Shown here: positions 39,568-51,830 of the stretch, in pieces
How positions within the stretch are numbered: the stretch's first letter is position 1
How the letters are laid out: the number at the start of each line of letters is the position of its first letter
DNA from: Octopus sinensis
Lineage: Eukaryota
Assembly: GCF_006345805.1 (NCBI RefSeq)
Contig: NC_043009.1
Span: 30,008,001-30,072,000, forward strand
DNA: 64,000 nucleotides
Direction: 5' to 3'
Notes under the pieces: model-generated
Told to the model about the DNA's origin: nothing
Database searches by the model: none
Seen by the model: the letters and a program-made list of their open reading frames with translations, nothing else
Translations under genes and position numbers: made by a program

Positions 39568-40621
39568 ATATATACCAAAATATTTCTAATGTTTGTTGCT
39601 AGAAGGTTTTTGAGCATAGCTACGTTCAATCAAGTTTGACACGGGATGAAACAACAACAATCAATGATAGATGTCTAATAGTTGGAAAGTTTAATAAATA
39701 AATCTTAATGAAATTACTTAAAATATCCCGAAATGAAGCTCAATATATATTAAGAGGAATTTGATTATATACAAAAATTTAATCAAATCTATGTATTTCT
39801 AAATTTAATATAACCCAACTTAATATGTTTTATCTCAAGTGTAATTTAGTTTATATTTAATCTAAGTTTAATTATATTATTCTGGGAGAGTCATTTTAAC
39901 AATGTAAGAACACGCAATGACTGTTATGTTTTATTTTGCTTATATCTAAATAGTTCAATATCTTATAAAGGGTCAACGAGTCTTCGTTATATTTCAGAGA
40001 CGTTATCACTGACACAATTCAACAATCAAATATTAACACGCTCCTTAACATTATAAAATTTATCTTCTTGATTAAATTCAAATGTAATTAAAATTTAAGG
40101 CACATTTGAGCTTCATTTCATTTTGAACTAAGTTTAATATTATTGATATTCAATTGAAACTCAACTTGTTTTATATCCTGAAATTAATTAGGATTTGTTA
40201 TAGAATTATGGGTTTGCAAATAATCATTCGTGTTACCATTTTTGAAAATGATTTTACAGGTTCTTTCCCTAGTATAATAAGAATTATAGGATTCTTTACA
40301 GACTATTTTTTTCGTTTCGGTTCGTGTCATGGCGGATCTGAACTGATGGGCGTGATATTCTTTCCAGAAATACCATGAAATTCCTGTGAAATATTTGAAT
40401 CTATAACACACATGTTTGTTGGCTATTCTATGAATGGTTTGATAATTTTACCTACAACAAGGCGAGAAGAATATAACTTTCTTAAATTCATCTTAGTGTT
40501 AGAAATGGGGTGGATTGAGTGTGTGTATGTGTATATGTCTATATTTGTGAGTATCTGTGTATGTTCTCAGAAGTTTGTGGTAATCTTTACATATGTTACA
40601 TATACGCAAATATATTCCTTA

Positions 40622-40981
40622 ATTCTTTTACTTCAGTCATTTCACTGCCACCATGCAGAAGTACTTCTTTAAAGGGTTTTATAGTCGAAGAACTCGACCC
40701 CAGGGCTAATTATTTGTAAGCTTAGTACTCATTCTATCGGTCTCTTTCACCTATCCGCTAAGTTACGAGTGCGTAAACACACCAACATCAGTTGTCAAGC
40801 GATGGTGGAGGTGACAAACAGAACCACAGGTCCAAAGACAAACGCGCATGAATATATACGACGGGCTTCTTTCAGTTTCTGTCTATAGAAGAAGAAACTT
40901 TCCTAAGGTGCCACACAGTGGGACTGAACCCGGAAACATGTGGTTGGAAAGCAAATTTCATACCGCAGAGCTACGCCTGCA

Positions 40982-40985
<4 letters not shown>
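40622..40985 (-). mobile_element. SINE family A, degenerate, internally deleted
   Basis: cagtcatttcactgccaccatg...gttgtcaagcgatggtgg...gacgggcttctttcagttt...gtgggactgaacccggaaacatgtggttgg. Confidence 0.8.
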
Positions 40986-41021
<36 letters not shown>

Positions 41022-41126
41022 AACGGACATATGTGTGTATATGTATACAATATATACATAAGGATAAAACCACGTTAATGTTTTTTTATTAGGTAGTCTG
41101 CATGCAATAAAAATTTACAGGTTATC

Positions 41127-41573
41127 TGTACATCAATTTAATAGTTAAATATATATGTAAATTATTATGTTAAGGGAGCAAAGGAGAAAAAGAATGATCT
41201 ATCTCCAACATGCTTGAATGCCGAGGCCTCCAAATGCTACCGAAAATCTCCCAAAAAATGCTCGGGTTGTAGGTGAGCGAGGGAAAAAACATTAAAAAGT
41301 CTTCACGTTAATTGTGAATTGGGTTCAGGTTTCTGCATTAAATCCGTGGAACAGGCTTTTCCCCTTCGATAACACAGTACACGAGTAATATAAATACAAA
41401 TAATTATACATACCCTTACAAAACAGATTCTCACGTCCTCATACAACCTTACAATTTGGGAGTTTTTCGGTAGCATCTGAAGGCCTCGGCATTAAAGCAT
41501 ACTGGAGATAGGTCGTTCTTTTTGCCCTTCTTCCCTTAATATTATATATGAACAATTATTAATTTAATGTACA
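41127..41573. mobile_element. Long-arm foldback MITE, superfamily unresolved
   Basis: Inverted arms 41170-41255 / 41455-41539 (ttaaggg...gcttgaatgccgaggcctccaaatgctaccgaaaa...cccaaa), with weaker inverted similarity out to tgtaca at 41127 / 41568. Confidence 0.7.
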
Positions 41574-41579
41574 AAGTAT

Positions 41580-41594
<15 letters not shown>

Positions 41595-41613
<19 letters not shown>

Positions 41614-41909
41614 CTTCGTTCTGGTTTTCGTTCGATTTCCTTGTATATCTCCACTGTCCTGTTTTTGTTATAAGTTTCACCCTCCATAAATCCCAAATAT
41701 TATTTTGGTATTTGTGGGAGCAACTGTCTTCGACGACTCCTATTGTCGTTGAATGCTCGAAATGAGAAGTACACAGCCGACAACTGATGAAGGGTCGTTC
41801 TTTGCGCTACTTGTCCTGTTTTCCATTTTTCTCTCGTTGTTTGCGTATTTAACTCATTTGTTTACGTATTTCATGTTATTTGCTGTTGGTGACGTCCTGT
41901 ACCCATATA

Positions 41910-41915
<6 letters not shown>
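41595..41915 (+). mobile_element. Penelope-like terminal remnant (family F); second copy at 57690-57845 (-)
   Basis: Both copies share caa(c/a)tgatgaa.gg...ttcttt.tg.tac.tgtc...ga(c/t)gtcctgtaccc and end in (TA)n. Penelope assignment is inferred. Confidence 0.5.
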
Positions 41916-41983
<68 letters not shown>

Positions 41984-43885
41984 TTTGAGTGTGTGCGTTT
42001 AAAATGGGAATAGTCTATAGTGCGACTATAGGGATCGTAGAAAACCATAAAAACCTGTTAGCTCCACACCAACACAACCGCACAAATCAGAAGCCTCGGT
42101 ATCTTTCATTATTTCATTTTAAATACAATCCTCATATCATGAATTACATACCTTGATCTTATACAAATTATTTGTTTCTGTATTAAAGCAGTTTATAGAT
42201 TGAGATGGTGTTATCCTATTTCAGATATTAATATGAATTTCGATGAAAGCCTCTGTACCGCTGTACATTTCCCTCAATGCCTGTACATTTCCGAGTGTAT
42301 TGTCTCAATAGTTAGATGTTTTGAATAACACAGTTTTGTTAGAACATAGTTTCGTAACGATAATTTTAGTTAAATTTGCATAACAAGTTTCATTAAACAC
42401 TTTCTTATAAAACATCGCTAAAAAATAACACAACAACAAAAAAAAAAACCGTGTGACATTGCGTTTAACATGACAGAATTATTTTTGTCGTTTGATTATT
42501 TATTAGAAAAGTGAGGAATCTTTCAAGCATGGAAGCGCTCGTTAGTTCCATTTCAAAGACTAACTTGACAACAGACTCTTATAAACCTTTTCTATAATTT
42601 GTTATTCAGCACTGGCCGAAAACGGGATCGCAAAAACAGGGGAGAAAAATTGAGGAAATACATTAATTATAGCCATAATGTTATTAGAATTTCCAGGTGC
42701 TGTTTGTATAGAAAAGACACGAAGATACTGAATGATGTATAGAACATTTCTAGTTATTGACAGAGGAGTTTTAGTTAGGAGTATCATTTTACAACGGGTT
42801 CTGACTCAAATGTTTTATGTTGATGTGTTATAAAGCCATTTATCAATGTTTTATTACATCAATGCAAGTGCAAGAGTTATAAACGCACGCATAATAACTG
42901 CTTGCATGCATGCCTCTCATATGCGTATATGTGTGTGTGTGCACGGGTGCGAGTGTGTGTTCTTACATGTGTGTCAGTGTGGGAACGTTGATATATACTG
43001 TAAATATTTGTTATATACACTATCATGAAGTAAATGATGTTTATTGATATTTATAGAAGTTTATAGAAGTGAATAGAAAAACATTTGATTGCCTCCCCTT
43101 GACAGATCATGATATGCATGTCCACTACAGCGTTCCTCGATTATATAAATCCTTAATCTCCTAGACTGATTCTCAAGTATCATGTAAGAGAATTAAACTA
43201 CATGAGCGGCATCTCCTTCGCTACAACTAATAAATCCAGTTTCTACTTTAATTAAATTTTCTCATTTAACTGAGAAATTGTAAATCGTCTGCGTTATAAC
43301 CGCATCATCTTCAAGACTTCTTATTACATGTAATCACTAAAAATGATTTTCATAAATCCTTTTAACTTTAATTTTCCACATTTAAAATATTCTGTATGAT
43401 TTATCCAAGATGTGAAATTAGCTTTACTGGAGATTTCTCTTACGATGTTTTAAAATAATCCCAAACATACAAGTTTGGATGATGGCTTTGTCAGTTATAT
43501 TGATAGCAATGCTTAAACAATACATAACTTTATCGATCCGAAATTGGTGAAAGGTAAATCTAAAAACACACAGGATTTTAACTTCAAACGTATTCAGTCG
43601 CGACAAATAATGAAAGGTATTTGTTTGATGCACTAACTCTTCTGTTAAACCGATATCCAACTGGAACGTATTAATTTAAATAACTGTCTATGTAAATAAT
43701 CCCCTCCATGAAAGTATTTACATGCTTATCCACGTAGTGCTCCGCCCTTCAAGTATGTGCAGATGCTTCAAGTTCTTGTAAAGTTTGTCTGCATATCTGC
43801 GTATGTATGAAAGTATGTATGTATGTATGTATGTATGTATGTATGTATGTATGTATGTATGTATGTATGTATCTACCTATCTATA

Positions 43886-43972
<87 letters not shown>

Positions 43973-44341
43973 TTATCTACCTATCTATGTCATTTACCAT
44001 AAATTTTTCGGTGATTTCCATATTTCTCGTCTTTTTAAAATTCTTTTCTTCTTTCATGCGCGCACACATACCAACACACAATCATATTCGTTTATACCTA
44101 CGTGTGTGTGCCTGCGTTAGTGTGTGCACAAGAGTGTTTGTGTATGTGTGTGTGTGTGGTGTGTTTCTGTTTGTATGTGTGTACGTTTGATTGTTCGTGC
44201 GCGTGCGTTTATATGAAAATGATAGCATATTACATTACCTATTTACGTAATATATTCTCTAACATTGCAGAATTCTTATGCAAACACACCTACCCATAAG
44301 CACACACACACACGCCCATAAACACACACACACCTACACTA

Positions 44342-44402
<61 letters not shown>

Positions 44403-45044
44403 GTTACGTATGTTAAAAAAATAGCTGATTTTGTAACAAGAAAACTGTAGTAAGCAGTTATATATCATTTGGAATTCTTTTTGTGACATATTTAGAATCC
44501 ATCTGGATTCGATTTATCTTATCCCTGCAGCTTTACTATTTCGCAAACATATATCTAAACTGTGCCCTCGTTCATTTTAAATGTTTCAACAAGTTTTTGG
44601 CACGTTTAACTTGAAAGCATATTCATTCATTTCAAAGACAAGTTTCTTGGCATCAATGATGACAGTTTATTCTCCACAGGATCAATCTTCAAACAGTCTC
44701 TTCCCCAAGAAGTATATGTTTCGCAGCAACTTCCTTAGCGGAAACATCCCGCCTAGTGTCATAACAACATTTTATGTCTTCTGTCATGTGGGGTCCTACA
44801 ACTCACCCCAACCCACATCTTGAAAACATTCATTTTAGTTTCATTTGAGGCAACGGTGTAAATATTTTGCTTTTATTTATTTCAACGTACTTCTACTTTA
44901 ACTACACAATTGCCTTTCACTCTAGTTCCTCATTTAGCTGCTTGTTATAGTTTCTACCTCCCTCCCTCCCTACATATATACATACATACATACATCCCTA
45001 TATACATACCTACCTATATAAATATCTATCTGTCTATCTTTTTA

Positions 45045-45077
<33 letters not shown>

Positions 45078-45078
<1 letters not shown>

Positions 45079-45221
45079 GGAGTGGCTGTGTGGTAAGTAG
45101 CTTGTTTACCAACTACATGGTTCCGGGTTCAGTCCCACTGCGTGGCACCTTGGGCAAGTGTCTTCTCTTCTAGCCTCGGGCCGACCAAAGCCTTGTGAGT
45201 GGATTTGGTAGACGGAAACTG
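45078..45221 (+). mobile_element. SINE family A, 5' half (tRNA head)
   Basis: aggagtggctgtgtggtaagtagcttg...gggttcagtcccactgcgtggcaccttgggcaagtg...gtagacggaaactg, then (TA)n. Confidence 0.9.
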
Positions 45222-45457
45222 TATATATATATACACACACACACAGAGAAAGAGAGAGAGGACAATAAGTTATTCTCCGTATAAAATGCACTTAGTTGTG
45301 CTCAACAAAAATTTACATATGTTTAACAATAAAAATGGGTCCGATTTACACAGAATAATAGAGTATTAAAGGCGTTTCTGGGGTCGCTAAGTCGGACTTT
45401 TTTTATTTATGTAAACATAGTTTTTTTGGTATTTCATGTATCTAATTTACTTTATAG

Positions 45458-45845
45458 AGGCACAGGAGTAACTGTATGATAAGTAGCTTGCTTACAAACA
45501 ACACGGTTCCTGGTTCAGTCCCGCTGCAAGTGGCTACCACTTTAGCCACGAGCCAACCAAAGCCTTGCGAGTGGATTTGGTAGACGGAAACTGAAAAAAG
45601 CTTGTCGTATAAATACATGTATGTGTATGCATTTGTGCATGTTTGTGTGTCTGTGTTTGTCCCCCACCATCGCTTGACAACTGATGCTGGTGTGTTCACA
45701 TCCCAATAACTTAGCTGTTCGGCAAAAAGTTCCCGATAGAATAAGTACTAGGCTTACAAAAATTAAGTCTTGGGCTCGATTTGTTCGGCTAAAGGCGGTG
45801 CTCCAGCATGGCTGAAGTCAAATGACTGAAACAAATAAAAGAATA
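45458..45845 (+). mobile_element. SINE family A, near full-length
   Basis: Head, internal microsatellite and tail (...aaatgactgaaacaaataaaagaata) all present. Confidence 0.85.
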
Positions 45846-46141
45846 TATGCACATGTATATATACACATATATATACATATACATATGTGTGTGTGTTTAT
45901 GTGTATGTATTCTTTTATTCTTTTACTCTTTTACTTGTTTCAGTCGTTTGACTACGGTCATGCTGGGGCATCACCTTTAGCCGAGTAAATTGACTGCAGC
46001 AGTTATTCTCTGTAAGCTTAATACTTATTTTATCGGTCCTATTTCCAGAAACGCTAGGTTGCGGGGACGTAAACACAGCAACATCGGTTGTCAAGCGAGG
46101 GTGGGGACAAATACATACACACAAACACACCTACACTCATA

Positions 46142-46180
<39 letters not shown>

Positions 46181-46183
<3 letters not shown>

Positions 46184-46379
46184 GGTCCCGGGTTGATTCG
46201 GGGTTAACCACAGTAAATAAGGTACTCAATACATAGCAGAGTAAAATTAATTTATTATATAGAAGGAGCTTCTACAGGACTAGAACTGTTTCATTCAAGA
46301 GAAATCATCAGGGCTTCCTGATGATTTCTCTTGAATGAAACAGTTCTAGTCCTGTAGAAGCTCCTTCTATATAATAAAT
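46181..46379 (-). mobile_element. Penelope-like terminal segment with perfect 63-bp foldback
   Basis: Arms 46250-46312 / 46317-46379 are exact complements with loop gctt. Each arm carries CTGATGA-tttctcttgaat-GAAAC-agtt. Flanked by (TA)n. Confidence 0.8.
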
Positions 46380-46394
46380 ATAATATATTATATA

Positions 46395-46433
<39 letters not shown>

Positions 46434-46563
46434 GATTAATCAGCCGAAATTGCAAGAGTGATCCGGTTTTTGACTGAAGATTGAAGGCTTCGAATGTCCC
46501 GTCCCTGTTTTTGTATCGTCTTCTAAATGTTTTGCGTTCTTGTCCCAGTTTGTATTTTTTTAC
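46434..46563 (+). mobile_element. Short repeat family G (Penelope-like terminus); also 56558-56736 and 57307-57568 (-)
   Basis: gattaatcagccgaaatt...gatccgg...tgactgaaga...ttcga.tgtcc...gtcgtcttctaa...ttgtattttt.tacata shared by three copies. Confidence 0.7.
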
Positions 46564-46650
46564 ATATACATATATAATATATATATAGTCGGCCCGAAGT
46601 AATGGTAGAACACACTTGCCATGCAGTGGGACTGAACCCAGAACCATGTA

Positions 46651-46708
<58 letters not shown>

Positions 46709-46714
<6 letters not shown>

Positions 46715-47115
46715 AATACTAGATTTCTAAATCTCTCGTAGAGACATGTACCGCGGTGGGGCGTGAAGCCCCACCACGTACATGTCTCTACGAGAGATTT
46801 AGAAATCTAGTATTTCTGATTTTGATAATCAGTGAATAGACTTCACTGAAATTTAGATATATACATTACGAGTCGAGGCAGATATCAACAGCTGACCGGT
46901 GTCTGTTAGTCTAGGCCGACGAAGGACAATCATCCTGAAACACGTGTCCATAGATGCAGCCCGGGCGGCTGGGGGTATTTGTCTCCCCTTCGTAAATGTA
47001 TATAAGGACACAGGAAAAATGTGTCAAAGCCATCAGCAGGCGTCGATGCTTCCTAGGGTTAAACAGCGGTGGTGTACCCCCCTACTGTCACGTTCGTGTT
47101 AGATTGACAGTATAC
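46709..47115 (+). mobile_element. Penelope-like segment beginning with a 43-bp foldback and containing a hammerhead motif
   Basis: Arms 46709-46751 / 46778-46820 are perfect, with an inner ggtggggc/gccccacc stem. Hammerhead motif at 46909-46955. Flanked by (TA)n and (CT)n. Confidence 0.7.
46909..46955 (+). ncRNA. Type I hammerhead ribozyme motif, core variant U4C
   Basis: gtctagg-CCGACGA (46916-22)-agga/caatca/tcct-GAAAC-acgt-GTC (46946-48)-catagat. Palindromic stem III ACACGTGT; stem I pairs 6/7. Confidence 0.65.
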
Positions 47116-47117
47116 AA

Positions 47118-47240
<123 letters not shown>

Positions 47241-47268
47241 GTATGATATATATATATATATATATATG

Positions 47269-47324
<56 letters not shown>

Positions 47325-48677
47325 TAAGTTTGTGTGTTTGTATGTGTAAAGAAATAAAAGAAGATAGATTGATAGATACATAGATAGAGGGAGGGAGAGA
47401 GAATGTGCGAAAGTGCTTTTTGAAATATTTTGTCTTAAAAAAGAAACTTATTTTAGGCAGCGTAGCAACAAATAGACCTCAATATACGTTAGCAAAGCAC
47501 AAGACCACAAACACGGTGAGAATTACAGTGAAAACAAATGCTTAAAATTACTATCGATGAATTGAAATAAGTACGTAATATATTCTGGACTTGATATCTT
47601 TTCATGTATGTGTATGTGTTTGTAGTAATCGTCTGTTTTCCCGAGAACACACACAGACATCTGTGATTCAACAAAAGTAGTTCGTTTTTGCCTGTTTTTT
47701 TTTTTTAGAGATAAAATCGGCAATTTGCACGTCTATGCAAAAGGCACTGATGAGAAGTGTTGGTAGAGGAAAATAGGATTCACACTAACACTTCTTTGTA
47801 CGCTCTCACACACATTCCTGTACACAGAAACAGGTTTACACTCACAGCAAAGAAAAAGATATGACTGAAATTTCTCTTACACCTCAGAAATATAAGTCAA
47901 TGAATATAAGTATAACACTAAAGACCTGATAAATGTAAGCTATATACTCATTACAAGAAATACACTTCACAAGGTTTAGAAGAGGGAGCTCATAACAAAC
48001 GCCTACGTATGTGAAAGCACACAAACCACATATGTAATAAAGTGTATAAACGTACATACACGACAATGGATACACACACACACATATATATATATATATA
48101 CTACTTTACATAAAATGAGTATATATTTACTTATGTATATATAAACATGTAAATATACATACATATACATATGTATGCACATATACACACAAGCATACAT
48201 TTATTTATGCTCACATACACAGACATGCAAATAAGTACACTCATATATATATATATACATATATATATATATCTACATACACACATACATGCATACATAC
48301 ATACATAATACATACGTACATGCATACATACATTCATACATTCATACATTTATACATACATACATACATACATACATACAAACATACATACATAATACAC
48401 ACACACACACATACATATATACCGTAAGTCATTTTGAAAAACTAAAATTGCACAAAGAACTCGGCTGCGACAAAGACAGTCTCCCTTTTAGTTTTTTTTT
48501 CTTTTTTTTTTCTTTATTACCGACTTGGCGTTGGTTAATTATGCGTGTCTCTTTGAATTTTTGTCTCTATGTTCTCTCAGAAGGAAGAAAAAAAGATTGT
48601 TTCTCACTGATAGTGATCAGTATACCATGCACTAGGTCTCCCACACTCCGTTTAATGTTGGAAGTCGACTAATCGTA

Positions 48678-48806
<129 letters not shown>

Positions 48807-49430
48807 TGATAATAATACTTTGTGCTACTCCAAGCTAATTCCTTCATATTCTTACTTAATTTCAAACAGATGCTGCCGTATATTTCACAAACACATTCCT
48901 CAAATATATATTTCTTTATTGTTTCTTTTTTACATAGTCATTTTACATTTTATTATTACTGTTATGGTTAAATTTATCTATATTTTGCTCTTTTGTCCTT
49001 GTTGTTTTGTTTAGGACCATATATGAAGATATACCACGTTACAGTTTTATAACCTTTTCGAGATTTTTGGTTTCAATATTTTGTAACATTTCTCTTTTAT
49101 GCAGTACCGTGCATAAGTCTTCGGCCACTTTAAACTATTGTAAATGTCTACCTATTGCCAACTTATAAGTGGATGTTTCGCATTGTGCTTTTTTACAGAT
49201 GAAACATTGGCCCTTTATATCTCAATAAGGTAGTACTCTGCTGGCTTTATAACTTCTATTTGTTACCGGATTTGCGATCGCACACAGACACTCATTCACA
49301 CACAGGCACACACACAATCAAAAACACATACGGACGCACACAAATACAAATACACACATATATATATATACCGCATTTCCTCGTGGTTAAGTCGCACAAT
49401 TGAAAAGACAGTCGTGTTGCCTACACACGA

Positions 49431-49509
<79 letters not shown>

Positions 49510-49586
49510 GTATGTAAGTATGTATGTATTATATATGCATGTATGCTTTATGTATGTATGTGGTGTGTGTGTGTGTGTGTGTGTGT

Positions 49587-49948
49587 GTCGATTACTTCGA
49601 TCTCGGTACTATACTGGGACCTATATTATCGACCCTGAAAGGATGAAAGGCAAAGTCGACCTCGTCGAAATATGAACTTAAAGCGTTAAAGCTGATGAAA
49701 TGCCGCTAAGCCTTTTTCCGGCGTGCCCTCCGCTATATAATTAATATAGATTTTAAATTTTGGCGTAAGGTCAACAAGATCGGGGAAGGGTACCAGTCGG
49801 TTATATCGATCCCCGCACTTACTTAAAGATTGGTACTTATTTTAACGATCCCGAACGCGGTGAAATTTGAACTCACTGAGTAGAGACGGATGAAATTCGG
49901 TTAGGAATCTCGTCCTGCGCGGTTACGGTTCTGCCACCTCGCCGCCTT
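49587..49948 (-). mobile_element. Two adjacent SINE family B copies (49587-49733 and 49751-49948)
   Basis: atcgaccctgaaaggatgaaaggcaaagtcgacctcg and aaatttgaactc...ttctgccacctcgccgcctt are reverse complements of family B motifs. Confidence 0.75.
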
Positions 49949-50538
49949 GGGTTATATAAATAATACTAACAAAATGATGCCTATCTAGCAAGATCGAAAG
50001 AGAGACGGTTAGAGAGAGAGAGAGAGAGAGAGAGCGGATGAGGAGAGAAAGTGACAGTCAGAGAGAAGTAGAAAGACAAAGAAAGCGAAAGAAAATGCAG
50101 GGATACATAAAAAGTAGAAAAAAAATGAATGAAAAGTACACAATGCTATATATAAATATAAAAAAGGAAAATCTACAGAAAGAAGAAAGAACTCATAGAA
50201 AGTGAAACCAATGTGATTGTCATGATACGAAGATTGTATATTTGCATCAGACATACATATTGCACAAGCTAGATAAATATCGATATGATTTGCTCTTCAG
50301 TCTAATTCCTAGTTAATACACTATTCCGACAATAGATAAACATTGAAGCACCGAGAGACAGATAAAGAGAAAAAGAGAAAAATTACGAGAAATCGACAGA
50401 GAAGGAGAAAAAGACCGCGCTGTAAAGATATAGAAGATATATAGATATAAATAGAGGGGGGGGGGGAGGGAATGGTAGTAGTGGGAGATATTCAATTGCC
50501 TTACAAATCTAGTTTTTATTGGCTCTTTTTTCATTCAG

Positions 50539-50603
50539 CGAGGCCAACATGATGTCAATGCCGTTGGATATTACGATGCTTACCGAACAAGAGATCACAA
50601 AAG
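50539..50603 (+). other. Candidate 65-nt spliced exon, product unknown
   Basis: Acceptor ggctcttttttcattcAG| and donor AAG|GTAATT in unique sequence. Two frames open (EANMMSMPLDITMLTEQEITK; RGQHDVNAVGYYDAYRTRDHK). No family recognised. Confidence 0.35.
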
Positions 50604-50998
50604 GTAATTGTTCGCCAAAATCTCTTGTCTGTGAAAAGGAAAAGAATGATTCGCCAATCCGTCGGAGATTTCCTCGAATCCTATGTTAAATTCACCATTA
50701 TATAATGAAAACAGGATTCTTTGCCGCGCCGGAGACGCTAAACAAGTTGATCAAACACCTCGTCAATCATAATTATGTAGAAATATTTATTTATTCGTAA
50801 CATACATATGTATATATCTCCACATACATCGCAACACGTGCATACACACATATGCATATATGCATATACACAACACAGTAAGATACAACACACACACAAA
50901 CACATATATTTGCATATGCTTATGTATTTATGTATATATGTGTGTATGCGTGAATTTATGCATGTATATAAAGTATAAATATATATTTTTATGTGTGC

Positions 50999-51041
<43 letters not shown>

Positions 51042-51138
51042 ATATATATATACATATGCATGCATGTATTTGTGCATTTATAATCTCTTTCGTAATATTT
51101 CCCTATTTCATTTGCTTTGTACTTTCGTTTTGTGTATT

Positions 51139-51223
<85 letters not shown>

Positions 51224-51689
51224 TTTTTTTTTCGTTCCTCACAGAATACCCCGTCGCAAAGAATGGACAAATATAGTCATTAGTTTCTGCCTTCTGGTGC
51301 TGCTGAGGTTGAAAGACCAATTCAAGAATTCTAGACAAATGAAGGCCTGTATGGGTGTATATATACATACATACATACATACATACATACATACATACAC
51401 ACATGTATATATACTCACACGGAGCTTCCATATATATATATATATACACACACATACAAACATACATATATATATATATATACAGAGAGAGAGGGGGGAC
51501 ATATCGACATAGATACATACGCACATGTCCACACACACACACACATGCGGACCGGTGTTTGGAGACGGGGAGTGACTTTTGACTTGCAATAGCAATATTA
51601 ATAACGAAGCTTTTATTTAAAGAATGCCTCTGGAACACAGAACAGTATATTTCAAAATTTTCATTTATTAGTATTATTAATACTTGAAA

Positions 51690-51830
51690 TCGTCGGAAGT
51701 TTGCTCGGTGGTACTTGTTTTGGCTGTTTACCGTTTGAGTTCAAATCTTACCGAAGCCAACTTTAACTCTCATCATTTTAGGGTCGATATAGTATGTTAC
51801 CAGTAAAGTATTGGCGTTGTAGATATCGCT
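51690..51830 (+). mobile_element. Very degenerate SINE family B
   Basis: tgagttcaaatcttaccgaagccaacttt...catcattttagggtcgat...taccagt. Confidence 0.5.

Larger units (their letters stand above)
45910..46649 (-). mobile_element. SINE family A split by insertions in its internal (TA)n
   Basis: Tail half at 45910-46130 and head remnant at 46588-46649 (gtcggcccgaag...gtgggactgaacccagaaccatg), with foreign segments 46181-46563 between. Confidence 0.75.

Noticed and set aside
41735-41795. GAAAT...GTA...CTGATGA order resembling a type II hammerhead
   Set aside because: Stem I cannot form convincingly; treated as a degenerate repeat terminus.
43420-43680. Possible CR1/L2 pre-RT remnant (FNFKRIQSRQIMKGI)
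   Set aside because: Too degenerate to support without a profile search.
44500-44900. Possible second RTE C-terminal remnant (minus strand)
   Set aside because: Only vague resemblance, with many stops.
46470-46500. CTGAAGA in family G (also on the minus strand at 56.6 and 57.4 kb) as a hammerhead
   Set aside because: No downstream GAAA core (gaatg / gagtg) and no proper stem II.
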